From contig NC_058373.1 of the NCBI RefSeq assembly GCF_018350175.1, positions 118,236,001 through 118,300,000 on the forward strand: DNA of 64,000 nt, written 5' to 3'. The stretch is from Felis catus (lineage: Eukaryota). The notes beneath the pieces are model-generated. The model did no database searches, was not told the DNA's origin, and saw only the letters and a program-made list of their open reading frames with translations. Position numbers and translations under genes: made by a program. Positions 49,300 to 61,695 of this stretch are shown here, in pieces; the stretch's first letter is position 1; each line of letters begins with the position of its first letter.

Positions 49300-50250
49300 C
49301 AGCACTTGCTGGCAGAAATAGAGGGCAAGCCACATCTGTTACTTAAAATGTTCTAAGAATCGCATTTAAAAAGTAGGAAGAAGGGGCGCCTGGGTGGCAC
49401 AGTTGGTTGGGCGTCTGACTGTTGATCTCAGCTCGGGTCATGATATCAGAGTTCATGAGTTTGAGCCCCACATTGCGCTGATGGTGCAGAGCCTGCTTGG
49501 GATTCTGTCTCTCTCCCGTTCTCTCTCTCTTTGCTCCTCCCCCTCTTTTGCGCCCCTGCTCGCTCTCTCTCTCTCTCTCTCTCTCAAAATAAATAAACTT
49601 AAGAAAGGAGGAAGAAACAGGTGAATTTATATTAAATAATGTTTTGTTCAGGGCGCCTGGCTGGCTCAGTCGGTTAAGCGTTCGACTTCGGTTCAGGTCA
49701 TGATCTTGTAGTTCGTGGGTTCGAGCCCCGCATCGGGCTCTGTGCCGACAACTCAGAGCCTGGAGCCTGCTTCGGATTCTGTGTCTCCCTCTCTCTCTCT
49801 GCCCCTCCCCTGCTTGTGCTCTGTCGCTCTGTCTCTCCCCCTCAAAAATAAACATTAAAAACCTTTTTTTAAATAATGTTTTATTTAACCCAATTAAATA
49901 TTTTTAACATGTAAGCAATATAAAAAATGGCAGGATATTTTACATTCTTTTTTTCACAAGATTAAAAAAAATAAATCTTCTAAATTCTGTGCATCACTCA
50001 GACAGCATATCTTAATTCAGTTGCTAAAATTTCACTGGCATACTTGATCTATATTTAGATTTCATAAAATGTACAGTTGGAAGAGTAGACTCGCATACTG
50101 AAGTTGTTCCAAACATACTGAAGCATTTTCCACTAAGTGAATCGAGCATCAGTTTTTAAGTGTAAAACTAAGTTAATTCTAATTAGAATAAACGTAAAAG
50201 TCAGTTTCTCGGTCACTCTGGTCACATTCCAAGTGCTCAGTAGCTAGCTC
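49300..50250. mobile_element. MER33/Charlie5-like hAT fossil interrupted by two + strand SINEs (49384-49600, 49650-49868)
   Basis: aaacaggtgaa...tatttaacccaat...gatattttacattc...cacattccaagtgctcagtagc. Confidence 0.65.
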
Positions 50251-50388
50251 TGCCTGAGGCCAGTAGGGCCCCAGAGCCAGCCCTCAGCCAGGGTGCAGGG
50301 GTGGTGGCAGGAGGTCTGTCCAGGGTAGGTGGGGCTCTTAGGGCTGGGGACCTCAGGCCGGGACTGCCGATTAAATTTGTCCGATAGG

Positions 50389-50610
50389 GGGGCACCTGGG
50401 TGGCTCAGTCGGTTAAGCGTCCGACTTCGGCTCAGGTCACGATCTCACTGTCCGTGAGTTCGAGCCCCGTGTCGGGCTCTGTGCTGACCGCTCAGAGCCT
50501 GGAGCCTGTTTCAGATTCTGTGTCTCCCTCTCTCTCTGACCCTCCCCCGTTCATGCTCTGTCTCTCTCTGTCTCAAAAATAAATAAACGTTAAAAATAAA
50601 TTTAAAAAAA
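50389..50610 (+). mobile_element. CAN-SINE
   Basis: TSD AAATTTGTCCGATAGG. Confidence 0.94.
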
Positions 50611-51589
50611 AAATTTGTCCGATAGGCCCAGGGGAGCCATTGAAAGCTTTGCAGGTTGATAGTGACCCCGTGAAAGCTATTTAGGAGGACAGTCTGAAGC
50701 GGAGCCTGTGGGAGCAGGAGCCTGGCGGGGAGCAGGCTGCAGAAATGCAAGCGCTCACAGGGGCCCTGAACAGGAAGGGCCAGGCACTTGCCCAGCAGAG
50801 CCTGGGGCCCACGTGGTGTGTGGGAAGGGGCCCCGGACTCCAAGTAAAGCGTGAAAGGTGGGTGAGAAGAGGGGAAGCCGGGGCAGGGTGGGCTGGGCAG
50901 AAAGGTGTCTTTCAAGTTGAGCTGACAGAGGGGCCTGCTGGCTGGGGACTGTGAATGCGGTTCTGGGGGTGCCCGCAGGAGATGACGGAACTGGGGAGAG
51001 AGTGTGAGTCTGCCTTCTCCCGGGGTTCGGCCTGGGTGGGAGAGGCCATGAAACGAAAACAGATTTTACTGCGTATCTGCTAGGGTCTTCCGGCCCTAAA
51101 GTATTTTTTGAATATTCCCTGGGGGCTGGCAAGAGCTAGTCCTTGTGGAGATGGAATTTTCACTTAGTTTTTATAACTTTGTTCCATTATGTGGTAATAT
51201 GCGTATTGTGGAAAATTTGAAACACACAGATAAATAGAAGGAAGTCCCCCACTCCCATCCTGCCACCACACCCCCCCCCCACACCCACGAAGTGCTCAGA
51301 ACCTTTCACCAGGAGCATTTTGGGGTGAGTGCTGTTATGCATCATAAAAAAAAAAATTCCTGTTCATACTTACTCAGCCTTTTGTGGTTTTCTCCATTTT
51401 ATGACAAAAAATCTTTTTGATAACTCTGAAGTGGTTAAGTACATACCATAAAATTCACCCACGGGAATGGTATATAATTCATAATTTTTCGTAAGTTTGT
51501 TACCAAGTTGGACAATAAGGTGGTGAAAAAAATCTCTCATGTTTCTGAGCAGACCCTCATCTGCTCAGGAAGACAGGCCTGGTTGTTTG

Positions 51590-52163
51590 TTTAATTCCAG
51601 TATATTTAACATACGGTATTATGTTAGTTCGAGGCATACAATGCAGTGATTCAGCAATTCTCTACTCCGTGCTCATGGTGGTAAATGTGCTCTTAATCTC
51701 CTTAACCTGTTTCCCCCACCCGCTGCCCCTCTGGAAGCTATCAGTTCTCTGTGGTTACAAGTCTGTTTCTCTTTTTTCTTTGTTCATTTGTTTCTTAAAT
51801 TCCACATATGAGTGAAATCCTAGAGTATTTGTCTTTCTTTTATTTTGCTTAGCATTATACTCTCTAGATCCATCCATGCTGTTGCCAATGGCAAGATTTC
51901 GTTCTTTTTATGGCTGAGTAATATTCCATTGTGCATATGTACATCTTCTTTATCCATTCATCAGTCGATGGACACTTAGGTTGCTTCCAAATCTTGGCTA
52001 CTGTAATTAATGCTGCAATAGACATAGAGATACATACATCTTTTTGAATTAGTGTTTTTGTATTCTTTGGGTAAATAGTAGAATTACTGGGGGTCATGTG
52101 GTAATTCTACTTTTAATTTCTTAAAAATCTTTATTTTTGAGAGAGAGAGCACACAAGCAAAGA

Positions 52164-52217
<54 letters not shown>

Positions 52218-54245
52218 AAGAGATACAGAATCTGAAGCAGGCTCCAGGCTCTGGGCTGACAGCACAGAACCCGATGTGGGGCTCAAACTCATGAACTGTG
52301 AGATCATGACCTGAGCCAAAGTTGGACGCTTAATGGACTGAGCCACCCAGGCGCCTAGTTTTAATTTTTTGAGGAAGGCTGGTGAAGAATTTTAAACATA
52401 CAGAATAGTTGAAGAACTGTATAGCAAGCAGCCATGTACCCACACTTAAATTCTATACTTGCTATTTTGCTATATGTGCTTTTTCATGATTTACTCCCAT
52501 CCCTTCATCTGTCAAATTGTGGTTTTTGTTTTTTTTGTTTTTTTTGTTTTTTTTAGTTTTATCTTTTTTTTTTTTTTTTCAACATTTATTTATTTTTGGG
52601 ACAGAGAGAGACAGAGCATGAACGGGGGAAGGGCAGAGAGAGAGGGAGACACGGAATCAGAAACAGGCTCCAGGCTCCGAGCCATCAGCCCAGAGCCCGA
52701 CGCGGGGTTCGAACTCACAGACCGCGAGATCGTGACCTGGCTGAAGTCGGACGCTTAACCGACTGCGCCACCCAGGCGCCCCAAATTGTGGTTTTTTTTG
52801 AAACAAGTGTTTTTAATATAGAATTTTTTTATTGAGGTGAAATTCACGTAACATACCATTAACCGTTGCAAAGTGTATGCTTTGGTGCTGTGTACTCACA
52901 ATGTTGTACGATCACCCGCTCTCTAGTTTTAAAATATTTCCTCACCCATAAAAGCACCCTGCTGTACCCCTTAAGTAATCACTCCCCGCTAACCCTAACT
53001 GCCTTCCCTGGTAAGCTGATCTGCTTTCTGTCTCTATGGATTTGCCTGTTCTGGATGTATCGTATAAAAGGAATAATACACCTTTTGTGCCTACCTTTCA
53101 CTCAGCAGGATGTTTTTATTTTTCTCAATTTTATAATTTTGAGAGAGAAGAGAGTGTGGTGTAGGGGGAAGGGCACAAAGAGAGGGGGAGAGAGAATCTT
53201 AAGCAGGCTCCAGCCCCCACCCCCCCCTCCACGGGGTTCGATCCAGTGACTGTGAAGTCATGAGGACCTGAGCTGAAATCAAGAGTCAGATGCTTAACCG
53301 ACTGAGCCACCCAGGCAGCAGAATGCTTTTAAGGTTCATCCAGGCTGGAGCACACATCAGCACGACCTCTTTCTTATGGCTGATAACAATTCCATGGCTA
53401 TGCCACAACCTGCTTATTCATTCTTCTGTGGATGTATATTTGGGTTGTTTCCATCTTTTGGCCCTAACAGATAAGACTACTATAAATGCTCATGCGTAAG
53501 TTTCTGTGTGGACATGTGTTTTCATTTCTCTTGGGTGTATGCCTTAGAAAGTGCTAGGCTCTATGATAATTCTATGTTTAACTTTTGGAGGAATTGCCGA
53601 ACTGTTTCCATGGTGGCTGCACCAATTTACATTTCCACCCGCGGTGCCTGAGGGTTCCGGTTCACCCACGTCCTCACTGACATTTCTTACTTCAGCCTTT
53701 TTGATGACCGCCATGCTAGTGGGTGTGAAGGAGTATCTCACTGTGGCTTTGATTTGCATTTCTGTAATGACCGATGATGTTGAACATCTTTTCGTGTGCT
53801 TATTGGCCATTTGTAGATTTTCTTTGGAGAAATGTCAGTTCAAGTTCTTTGCCCATTTTTAAAATTATTTTTTTTAAGATTTTCGTTTTTTAAAAGTTCA
53901 TTTATTTTGAGAGAGAGAGAGTGAGCAGGTGCACAAGCGGGGTGGGGGGGGGGAGGGAAGCAGAGAGGAGGAGAGACAGAATCCCAAGCAGGCTCTGCAC
54001 CATCAGTGCAAAGCCTGATGTGGGGTTCGAACTCAAGAACTGGGATTGTGACCTGAGCAGAGATCAAGAGTAGGATGCTTAACGGACTGAGCCACCTAGG
54101 CACCCCTTTAAGATTTTAAAGTCATCTCCACACCCAGTGCAGGGCTCAAACTCACGACCCTGAGATCAAGAGTTGGCTGTTCTACCAACTGAGCCAGCCA
54201 GGTGCCCCACTTTGCCCATTTTTTAATTGGATTGTTTGTCTTTTC
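51590..54245 (-). mobile_element. LINE-1 fragments interleaved with five minus-strand SINEs
   Basis: Antisense ORF2-like peptides IWKQPKCPSTDEWIKKM and MANKHTKRCSTS; SINEs at 52125-52355, 52528-52781, 53115-53317, 53880-54105, 54110-54208. Confidence 0.88.
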
Positions 54246-54526
54246 ATCAGTTCAATCTAAAAGTATCATTGTTTTGTTTTACGTAGTTGGGATCAAACAC
54301 CGATGCTAATTTTATATCTGGCTTTTCTTTTTGCGCAACATGTAACATTAGTGTTTTCTAGGACTAAAGACTCTTGAAACAGGGGAAGGGTGTTTTAGGA
54401 AATCACAGGTGTGCTCGTTCTCGCTTCTGCTGTCCTGGGTACCCCAGGCGCTGCCTGAGTGGTGGGGTGGGACCACGTGGTGGTTAGCGTGGCCACGGCG
54501 TGGGCCTGACCGCCCACTCCCTGCAG

Positions 54527-54607
54527 GCGTCCCCAGCATGCAGGACATGCACAGCAGCCCCGGGGATCCTCGCATATCTCTGGGACCTCAGGCGGCCCCC
54601 ACCTCAG
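54527..54607 (+). CDS. PAPLN: PAPLN exon (81 nt, symmetric phase 1-1, skippable)
   Basis: ctgcag|GC GTC CCC AGC ATG CAG...TCA G|gtgaga; VPSMQDMHSSPGDPRISLGPQAAPTS. Confidence 0.85.
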
Positions 54608-54772
54608 GTGAGAAGCTCAGTGGAAGCCCCCAACACAGGGCCCTGGAGATGGAGGTTGGGGGGGGGGGTAGGTGGTTTAGGGGGGCTGGGGAGAGGTAGG
54701 TCTGGTGTGCACATAGATGGAGAGGTGTCCAGGTGGACACCTCATGTGTCTTTTGCTTCCTCTTCTTTCTAG

Positions 54773-55013
54773 ATTCCAGAGGCCAGTGGTGGGCCCGTCA
54801 AGAGCAGCCCTCGGCCCAAGGAATCCCCACAGGAGCCCAGGGCCTCCACCTGCCAGCCCCAGCCCCCTCTTTTCAGCAATCCCCACACAGACAGTCTGGC
54901 TTGGCACCCCACGACTGCAGACTCAGCCCCTATGGGTGCTGTCCTGACGGCCACACTGTATCTCTTGGGCCACAGTGGCAGGGCTGTCCTGGGGCCTCAT
55001 GTCAGCAGAGCAG
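54773..55013 (+). CDS. PAPLN: PAPLN exon, Cys-rich repeat
   Basis: DSRGQWWARQEQ...DCRLSPYGCCPDGHTVSLGPQWQGCPGASCQQS(R); 241 nt. Confidence 0.92.
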
Positions 55014-56005
55014 GTAGGTGCCTCTTCCTCTTCACCAAGTCAAAGAAGGGAGATGGGGCCGGGGGATGGTATCTGATGGGCAGGGCAGCGACTCCGAGCA
55101 GAGAGGGGGTGGGGTTTGCAGAGCTCAGGGATGGGACTTCCGAGGTGTTATCTCCCAGCTGCCCTGACTGTGCAGTCTTGGGGACTCTGCTTCCTGTCAC
55201 TGACCTTCCTAATGTGCAGAGTGGGGGTAAGAATTTCCACTTTCGCTAGCGAAGTCAGCCCGTTGAGGTGTAGCCTGAGGCTCTGGGAAGGCACGTGGGA
55301 TAGATAGCTTCCAGATCCAAACCAGGCTACCGGTCTCTCCGGGGCTGGGGCGCTGAGAGCCCAGACTTTGGGGCCAGCAGCCCGGTGGCGATCTATCCGC
55401 TGTGTGCTGCGTGATCAGGGCAAGTTATTCCTTTGGTCTTGGCTTCCTCTGTGAGACTGGGAACAGTGACAGCCACAGGCCGGGTTGCCGTGAGGATGGA
55501 ACTGTCCCAGGATGCCTGGCACACGGAAGGCGCTCTGATGTGTTCCTCTTTCCCCTTCCTTCCCATCTTGTGGTTGACAGAGCTGAAACAGGAGGAGGGC
55601 TCTGCTCACCCCTCTTTTCCCCATCCCCCATCTGCTGCGATTTTGTAAAACCTACCCGGGAAGCCAAGATTTGTGCAGGCTTAGTGAATTTTCTCCTCGG
55701 TTAGGGGTTTCCGACTTGGGTAGGAGTTGAGGAACCGTCAGGTATCAGGAGACACGGCCCTGCTCATCGTGTTACTGCTGTGTCCCTGGCTGCCACTGAG
55801 TGGTTGGTGGATGTGGCTTGGCATGCAGAATGGTATGCCCCACGTGGAAGGACACGGTGTCTCCCGTTCGGATCCTCAACTGCTCAGCTCCCAGCGTAGG
55901 GAGCCTCAGAGCCCAGTTTCCAGGATGCTGGAAGCTCGGGGGATCCCGTGAGGGTGGGGATCAGGGGTTGGGTGGTGACGAGACTGCTGTGTAATGCTTG
56001 TCTAG

Positions 56006-56126
56006 GTATGGGTGCTGCCCTGATGGGGTGTCTGTGGCTGAGGGGCCCCATCAAGCTGGCTGTGCAGCATCTTACAGCAGTGATAAGACCGGGAGAAGGC
56101 CGGTGTCGAGAGCAGTGGCTTCCACA
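56006..56126 (+). CDS. PAPLN: PAPLN exon, Cys-rich repeat
   Basis: YGCCPDGVSVAEGPHQAGCAASYSSDKTGRRPVSRAVAST; 121 nt. Confidence 0.93.
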
Positions 56127-56394
56127 GTAAGTGTCTGGTTCACATGAGTGGGCAGGAGTCCCGCACCTGCTCAGCGCCACTGTGATCCAGACTCTCTGCA
56201 CTTGGGCTTCAGATACGGGCCTAGGCTGGAGTGGGGGTGTGTGTGTGCAGGGGGGGTCCATCTGACCTTCCCCTGAGGCTGGGGTACTGCAATTCTGTCC
56301 CTCCCTCTTCCTGTCCTCCTTCCCCAGGCAGCCTAGAGTCCCCACCAAGAGCCAGACCTATTCCCAACTTTCCCAGTCTGGGTTTCCTCCGCAG

Positions 56395-56533
56395 GCTCCC
56401 AAGGCCCACCAGCCCCAGGCTCAGCAGAAGGAGCCCAGTGAGTGCCAGGGCTCCCGGTTTGGCTGTTGCTATGATAATGTGGCCTCTGCTGCTGGTCCTC
56501 TTGGGGAAGGCTGTGTGGGCCAGCCCAGCTATG
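56395..56533 (+). CDS. PAPLN: PAPLN exon, Cys-rich repeat
   Basis: APKAHQPQAQQKEPSECQGSRFGCCYDNVASAAGPLGEGCVGQPSY; 139 nt. Confidence 0.93.
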
Positions 56534-57594
56534 GTGAGTGGATGCCCCTTCATTCTTCCTGGTGAGTAGGCTGTGGTCCCGCTTTGCCCCCCTTAACCAC
56601 CACAGAGCCCCACCCAGATCTTCCTACCAGCTCAGTTATTCATTCATTTCTTTGACAAATATTTACTGATCACCTGCTAGGTGCCAGGTCAGAGAACAGT
56701 GCCATATTGTTCTTGTTTCCAACAGTTTGCATTTGAAACCATCTGACTGCTTGTGGGAGTTGGGGAGAATTGTAGGCAGGGCGCCCACAGACAAGGAAGG
56801 CTTGTCCTGCCCCGCCCCCACCATGGGGGCTCAGCCCCTTCCAGAGGCAGAGATGGTATAGGGTGGTCAGAGCCCAGATGGACAGGGATGTCCCCACCCT
56901 GCCTGGGATGAGTCCTAGAGGGAGGTCATTGAGACTGGAGCATGGGATATGTGGGTGGCACCGGCAGGGACCCTCATGGGAACCTCAAAAGCCAGATGGG
57001 CTGGTGGTCAGAGTCTGCAGGAGGCTGGTCCCTGGATGGGACCCCCGCAGGGGCCAGCCGCAGTCACCTCTGTGTCTGTAGAGAGGCAGAGCAGGGCTGT
57101 GCTGGGAAGGTAGGCCATTAGAACAGGCTGGCTGGGGGCTGGAGGCGGGTCCAGAGGCTGGGCCTCTTCACAGATGTCCCTGCGAGCTGAGGGCTGGGTT
57201 CTTATCGCGAGCTAAGTACATCAAAGCCAAGCTCGGTGCGTGTGTGTACTCTAGGGACCTGGGTCAGGCATGGGGAGGGGCATGAGGGAGCCAGTCCAGG
57301 TTGCTCATGGCCCTGACCTTCTGGAGCGCTCTAGTTCTGTGGGTGGAGGTGGATGGGCTGATCCCGGAGGCTGCTGGTGATCCCAGCCCAGGTAGGTCTG
57401 GGCAGTGAGCAGACTGTCTCCAGGGCCAGGTCAGGGGCCCAGACGGGTGTAGACCCGCTCTGTGAACTTGGGAAGAGCCTGGCTCCCACATCTGAGGCTG
57501 AGGGGGCGGTGGGCACTTCTTGGCAGAGCTCTGCCGGGGCAGTATCTGCAGCCTGATGACCTGCCCCCTCCCTGCCCCCTCCCTGTCCCCTCAG

Positions 57595-58072
57595 CCTACC
57601 CTGTGCGGTGCCTGCTGCCCAGTGCCCATGGCTCCTGCACGGACTGGGCCGCCCGCTGGTACTTCGTCCCCTCCGTGGGCCAGTGTAACCGCTTCTGGTA
57701 TGGCGGGTGCCATGGCAACGGCAATAACTTTGCCTCCGAAGAGGAGTGCGTGAGCAGCTGCCGGGGACGTCAACAGGAGCCCCCCAGACCTGAGCCTGGG
57801 GCCTCTGGCCAGAGCACCCATAGAGACGGTGGTGGCAGCGGTCCTGGAGGCCAGCAAGAGGCCGGCGGGCACAGGACGGGGGCCACAGTCCAGACGAGGC
57901 CCTTGCCTTCTGGTGGCCTCTGGTGGCGAGACCGAGAGCCTGGGCCTGGAGAGGAGGGCCACGCCCAGGCCTTTGGAGAGAGGCCCCTGGGCCAGGAGCT
58001 TGGGCCCAGTGCCCCTGGACTGGGCGGAGATGCCGGGAGGCCAGCGGCGCCCTCCCACAGCTCTTCCTACAG
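57595..58072 (+). CDS. PAPLN: PAPLN exon, Kunitz/BPTI domain plus low-complexity linker
   Basis: CLLPSAHGSCTDWAARWYFVPSVGQCNRFWYGGCHGNGNNFASEEECVSSC (six-Cys Kunitz pattern); 478 nt. Confidence 0.95.
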
Positions 58073-58779
58073 GTGAGGCCTACCTTCCCCAGGTCAGGAG
58101 CTGCGCCCATTGGAGCCCAAACCCTGAAGTCCGCAGATCCTCCCGCCCCATCCCTAACCTCAAATCCTCCAAATGGTCTTGCCTGGGGGGGGGGCTTCGC
58201 CAATAGATGGTGGTGCCTGGGTCTGATCTTGCCGGGACGCCCCGGGGCCTGTCTAGTTGGAAAAGCTTGCGGGCTTCGTGACCTTTGGCAACTCATCCAA
58301 CTTCTCCAAGCCTCCGTTTCTTGACCTGCAAAATGGTGATATTCTCTCTTAGATTTAGTATGGGTTCCACAGTCTTGGGACTATGTCCTATTAATGAGAC
58401 TTTTGGGGAGAATAGAAACAAATAAGTAAAACTTGAAATTCCAAAGGGATCAAGCAGTGGTTTAGTTCCACACGGGAATCTGGTGTGAGCTCTCTCTCCC
58501 GACCTCTCCACGCCCTGGGCTCTGTACCTCCCTTGCTGCTGTTGCAGGACCAGGTTGAGGTAGCTACGTCCGAGGGCGTGGTGGGGAGCCGGGGTGGGGG
58601 TGGAGTGAATTCCTGAGGCCACTGCCTTCTAGAACTGGGCCTCCCAGGGGACCCTGTGACCCCAAAGGTGCCCGAGACAGGATGGGCACCGAGCTCTCTG
58701 TGGTGGGACACTGATGGAGGGGGAGTCCCTGGCCCTGGCGCTTGTGTTGTTAGTGCAGGTTCTCACCCCCACTTCCCAG

Positions 58780-58917
58780 GATCAGCTTGGCAGGCTCAGA
58801 GCCGGCCCTGGTGCAGGCGGCCCTGGGGCACTTAGTGCGCCTCTTCTGTCAAGACGACACCTCCCCGGAGCCCCATGCCAGGTGGCAGAAAGATGGGCGG
58901 CCCATCTCCTCTGACAG
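58780..58917 (+). CDS. PAPLN: PAPLN exon, Ig domain 1 (first half)
   Basis: ISLAGSEPALVQAALGHLVRLFCQDDTSPEPHARWQKDGRPISSD; 138 nt. Confidence 0.93.
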
Positions 58918-59023
58918 GTGATCTCCCCTGGGATGGGAGGGTGCAGGCAGGGTTACCGTAGGAGCACTCTGGTAGGAGCACTGGGGCCTGAGGGGGCCTG
59001 GGCTCACTGTCCTCCTCATTCAG

Positions 59024-59148
59024 GCACAAGCTGCAGCCCGATGGCTCCCTGGTCATCAGTCCCCTGCGGGCAGAGGACACTGGCACCTACAGCTGTGGCA
59101 GCAGCAGGCCAGGCCGTGACTCTCAGAAGATCCAGCTTCGTGTCACAG
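59024..59148 (+). CDS. PAPLN: PAPLN exon, Ig domain 1 (second half)
   Basis: HKLQPDGSLVISPLRAEDTGTYSCGSSRPGRDSQKIQLRVT; weak donor CAG|gtctct, duplicated 33 nt downstream. Confidence 0.9.
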
Positions 59149-59441
59149 GTCTCTGTCCCCACCCCACGCCCAGCGGAACAGGTCTCCGTCCCCACCCCAC
59201 ACCCAGAGGATTGTCATGGCCCCAGGTGGGAGGCGCTGGCTGGGAGGGCCTGAGCCAGGGTGCTCCCACGCTGGAGGGGCCCCTTCTGCTGGCAGGGACC
59301 ACGTGCTCCAGTTGGGCCAAGGTGGATGTCTTCCCCCTTGTGACCCTCATTTTTCCACACGTCCCTGGCCAGCCTCGTGGCCCTTCCTTCCTTCCACTGC
59401 ATTCCCCCCACAGCTCACCCCTTCTCCTGGCCTCATGACAG

Positions 59442-59595
59442 GGGGTGACGTGGCCGTGCTGTCTGAGGCTGAGCCAAGGCACTTCCCTCAGACCAGGGAC
59501 CCAGCCCAGGGCCACAGTCCTCGGGAGTCCAGCCTAGTGGGGAACGCGGGGGGCCTGGGGGCTGTCTCCTCCTTGCAGATTCGGCCCACGACCAG
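59442..59595 (+). CDS. PAPLN: PAPLN exon, linker
   Basis: GGDVAVLSEAEPRHFPQTRDPAQGHSPRESSLVGNAGGLGAVSSLQIRPTT; 154 nt. Confidence 0.88.
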
Positions 59596-60161
59596 GTAAC
59601 AGTGCAGCAACGCCATTCTGCTCTCAGCCTACCCCACTGGAGGGCCAGGGCCGATGGGGGTCCCAGTGGTGAAAGGAAGGGAGAGTGGGTGGGGTCACAG
59701 GGCTCTGCCAGGCAAGGACTAGGGAGGTGGAAAGGGAGCCCTCTTCCCTTCCCCAAACAGTTGAGACTGGCCCATGGCCCAGGGCACAGGAGCTGAGGGA
59801 AGGGAAGCAGAGCAGGAGCTGGAGAGCCTGAGATGGCCTTGATGGGAGTTTATAGAGGGGTTGCAGAGGGCTGGAGGGGCCCAAGTCAAAGTGCCTTGTG
59901 CAGGGCAGATGTGCAGGATCTCAAAGCAGATGTGCAGGGCGGGGAGCAGACAGTCGAGATTCTGGGGTGGTGGTTGGGGGTGGGGAAAGCGAGAAAGCTG
60001 GAGGTGGCTTTTAGACTGCCCCGGGTAGTTATTGGTGACGTCCTGACCAGCACAGAGCAGCTTTCTTAGGAAGCTGAATGTGGCTGGAGAGGGAGAAGGG
60101 GGTCAGATGCTTGTGCAGACAGAGTCCCCCCTCTCATGGCTGTGGGGTGCTTGTTCTGCAG

Positions 60162-60299
60162 GCTGCTTCTGGACAGGAACCAGCCTAGGGTGGTGGACGC
60201 CCGTCCAGGTCAGCGGATCCGGTTGACCTGTCGTGCTGAGGGCTTCCCACCCCCAGCCATTGAGTGGCAAAGAGATGGGCAGCCCCTCTCTTCCCCCAG
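60162..60299 (+). CDS. PAPLN: PAPLN exon, Ig domain 2
   Basis: LLLDRNQPRVVDARPGQRIRLTCRAEGFPPPAIEWQRDGQPLSSP; 138 nt. Confidence 0.94.
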
Positions 60300-60991
60300 G
60301 TTTGTTCAGCTCCTCTCTTCCCCTTCCTGTCCCTGTGCAGGCCTCAGGGGAGGGAGCTGCCAGGTGCCACCTCTGAGCAGGACTCCAGAGGCTCTTGAGA
60401 GAGGATACCGCTGGGGGTAGGGCTCCTTGGGCAGACCAACATTTGGGTTTCTGGGTCTTTCCACTGTGGTTAGTGGACAGAAGTAACAGGCTAGCTAAGG
60501 AGAGGTGATGGCTGAGGGACAAAATGGAGGCAGACCCATTTCTGGCTGTAACCATAACAGCATGGGCGTGTATCGTGCCCATTAGGAGTATGAGGCTTGT
60601 TCTCTATCATACAGTCTTCAGGAGAGCCATGTGGAGGTAGGTGCTCCCCCATTTTACACACAGGAGTTTAACACGCCATACAGCTCCTAAGTGGCAGAAC
60701 CAAGATTTGAGTCTACTGAATGAGCACAGCAAGAACTAGAAACCCAAACCAGAATTATTTTGTATTTGGAGATTGGAAATGGTTTATTGCCAGGCTTAAA
60801 AGTCAGGTGCCTTCAGGTAAACGAGAGAGCTCAGCATCTGCAGGACCTCAGGGCCTAAGGTTAGATGGCTCTTTGCTCAGACCCCACTGAAAGGGCCACT
60901 CAGCCTCTTATGGGGAAAGGAAGACCCTGCCCCACCCCCATTTCTTCCAGCCCCTTGGGGGAGGAGCTACCTGACTGTGCTTTGTCTCTAG

Positions 60992-61119
60992 ACACCAGCT
61001 GCAGCCCGATGGCTCTCTGGTCATCAGCCACGTGGCTCCGGAAGATGGCGGCTTCTATGCCTGTGTCGCTTTCAACGGGCAGGACCGAGACCAGAGATGG
61101 GTCCAGCTCAGAGTTCTGG
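60992..61119 (+). CDS. PAPLN: PAPLN exon, Ig domain 2
   Basis: HQLQPDGSLVISHVAPEDGGFYACVAFNGQDRDQRWVQLRVL; 128 nt. Confidence 0.94.
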
Positions 61120-61202
61120 GTGAGGTGGCAGTCCTGAGGGTCAGGTGGCACAGGTGGGGCAGGACTGGTGTGGTGGCTGACAATGCCTCCTCCTTGCGCT
61201 AG

Positions 61203-61311
61203 GGGAGCTGGCCATCACAGAGCTGCCCTCTACTATGCTGGTGCCAGAGGGTGACACGGCCAGGCTGCTATGCGTGGTGACAGGAGAAAGTGTAAACATC
61301 AGGTGGTCCAG
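61203..61311 (+). CDS. PAPLN: PAPLN exon, Ig domain 3
   Basis: ELAITELPSTMLVPEGDTARLLCVVTGESVNIRWS; 109 nt. Confidence 0.93.
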
Positions 61312-61512
61312 GTAAGGCTCTATTCCAGGCAGGCCTGGCCCTCAGAGGCTTGTAGTTTGGAGAAGACGCTCACCTTTCTGCAGCGATACTGCTGTTCCCA
61401 CTGCCCGCGGCCTTCATTCTTCAACTCCTACCTGCAGGCCTGGTGGCAGCACCCCCTTCCCTACACAGCGGGACCCCACAGGACTGCTCTCTTTCTTTTG
61501 GTTGGGCTACAC

Positions 61513-61695
61513 CAGGGTCTCTCAACCTCGGCACTCTTGACATTTCAGACCTGATAACTTTTGGTGGTTGGGGCAGTTCTGTGTATTGTACGGTGTTCAG
61601 CAGCATCCAGGCCACCCACCCACTAGATGCCAGTAGTACTTCCTCCCAAGTCATGACAGTTGACAGTATCTGGAGATGGGGGTAGAGAACCACTG
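61513..61695 (-). mobile_element. MER20 (hAT-Charlie) fossil
   Basis: cagggtctctcaacctcggcact...cccactagatgccagtag...gagaaccactg. Confidence 0.8.

Noticed and set aside
57331..58296. 321-aa minus-strand ORF
   Set aside because: Antisense shadow of the GC-rich Kunitz exon.
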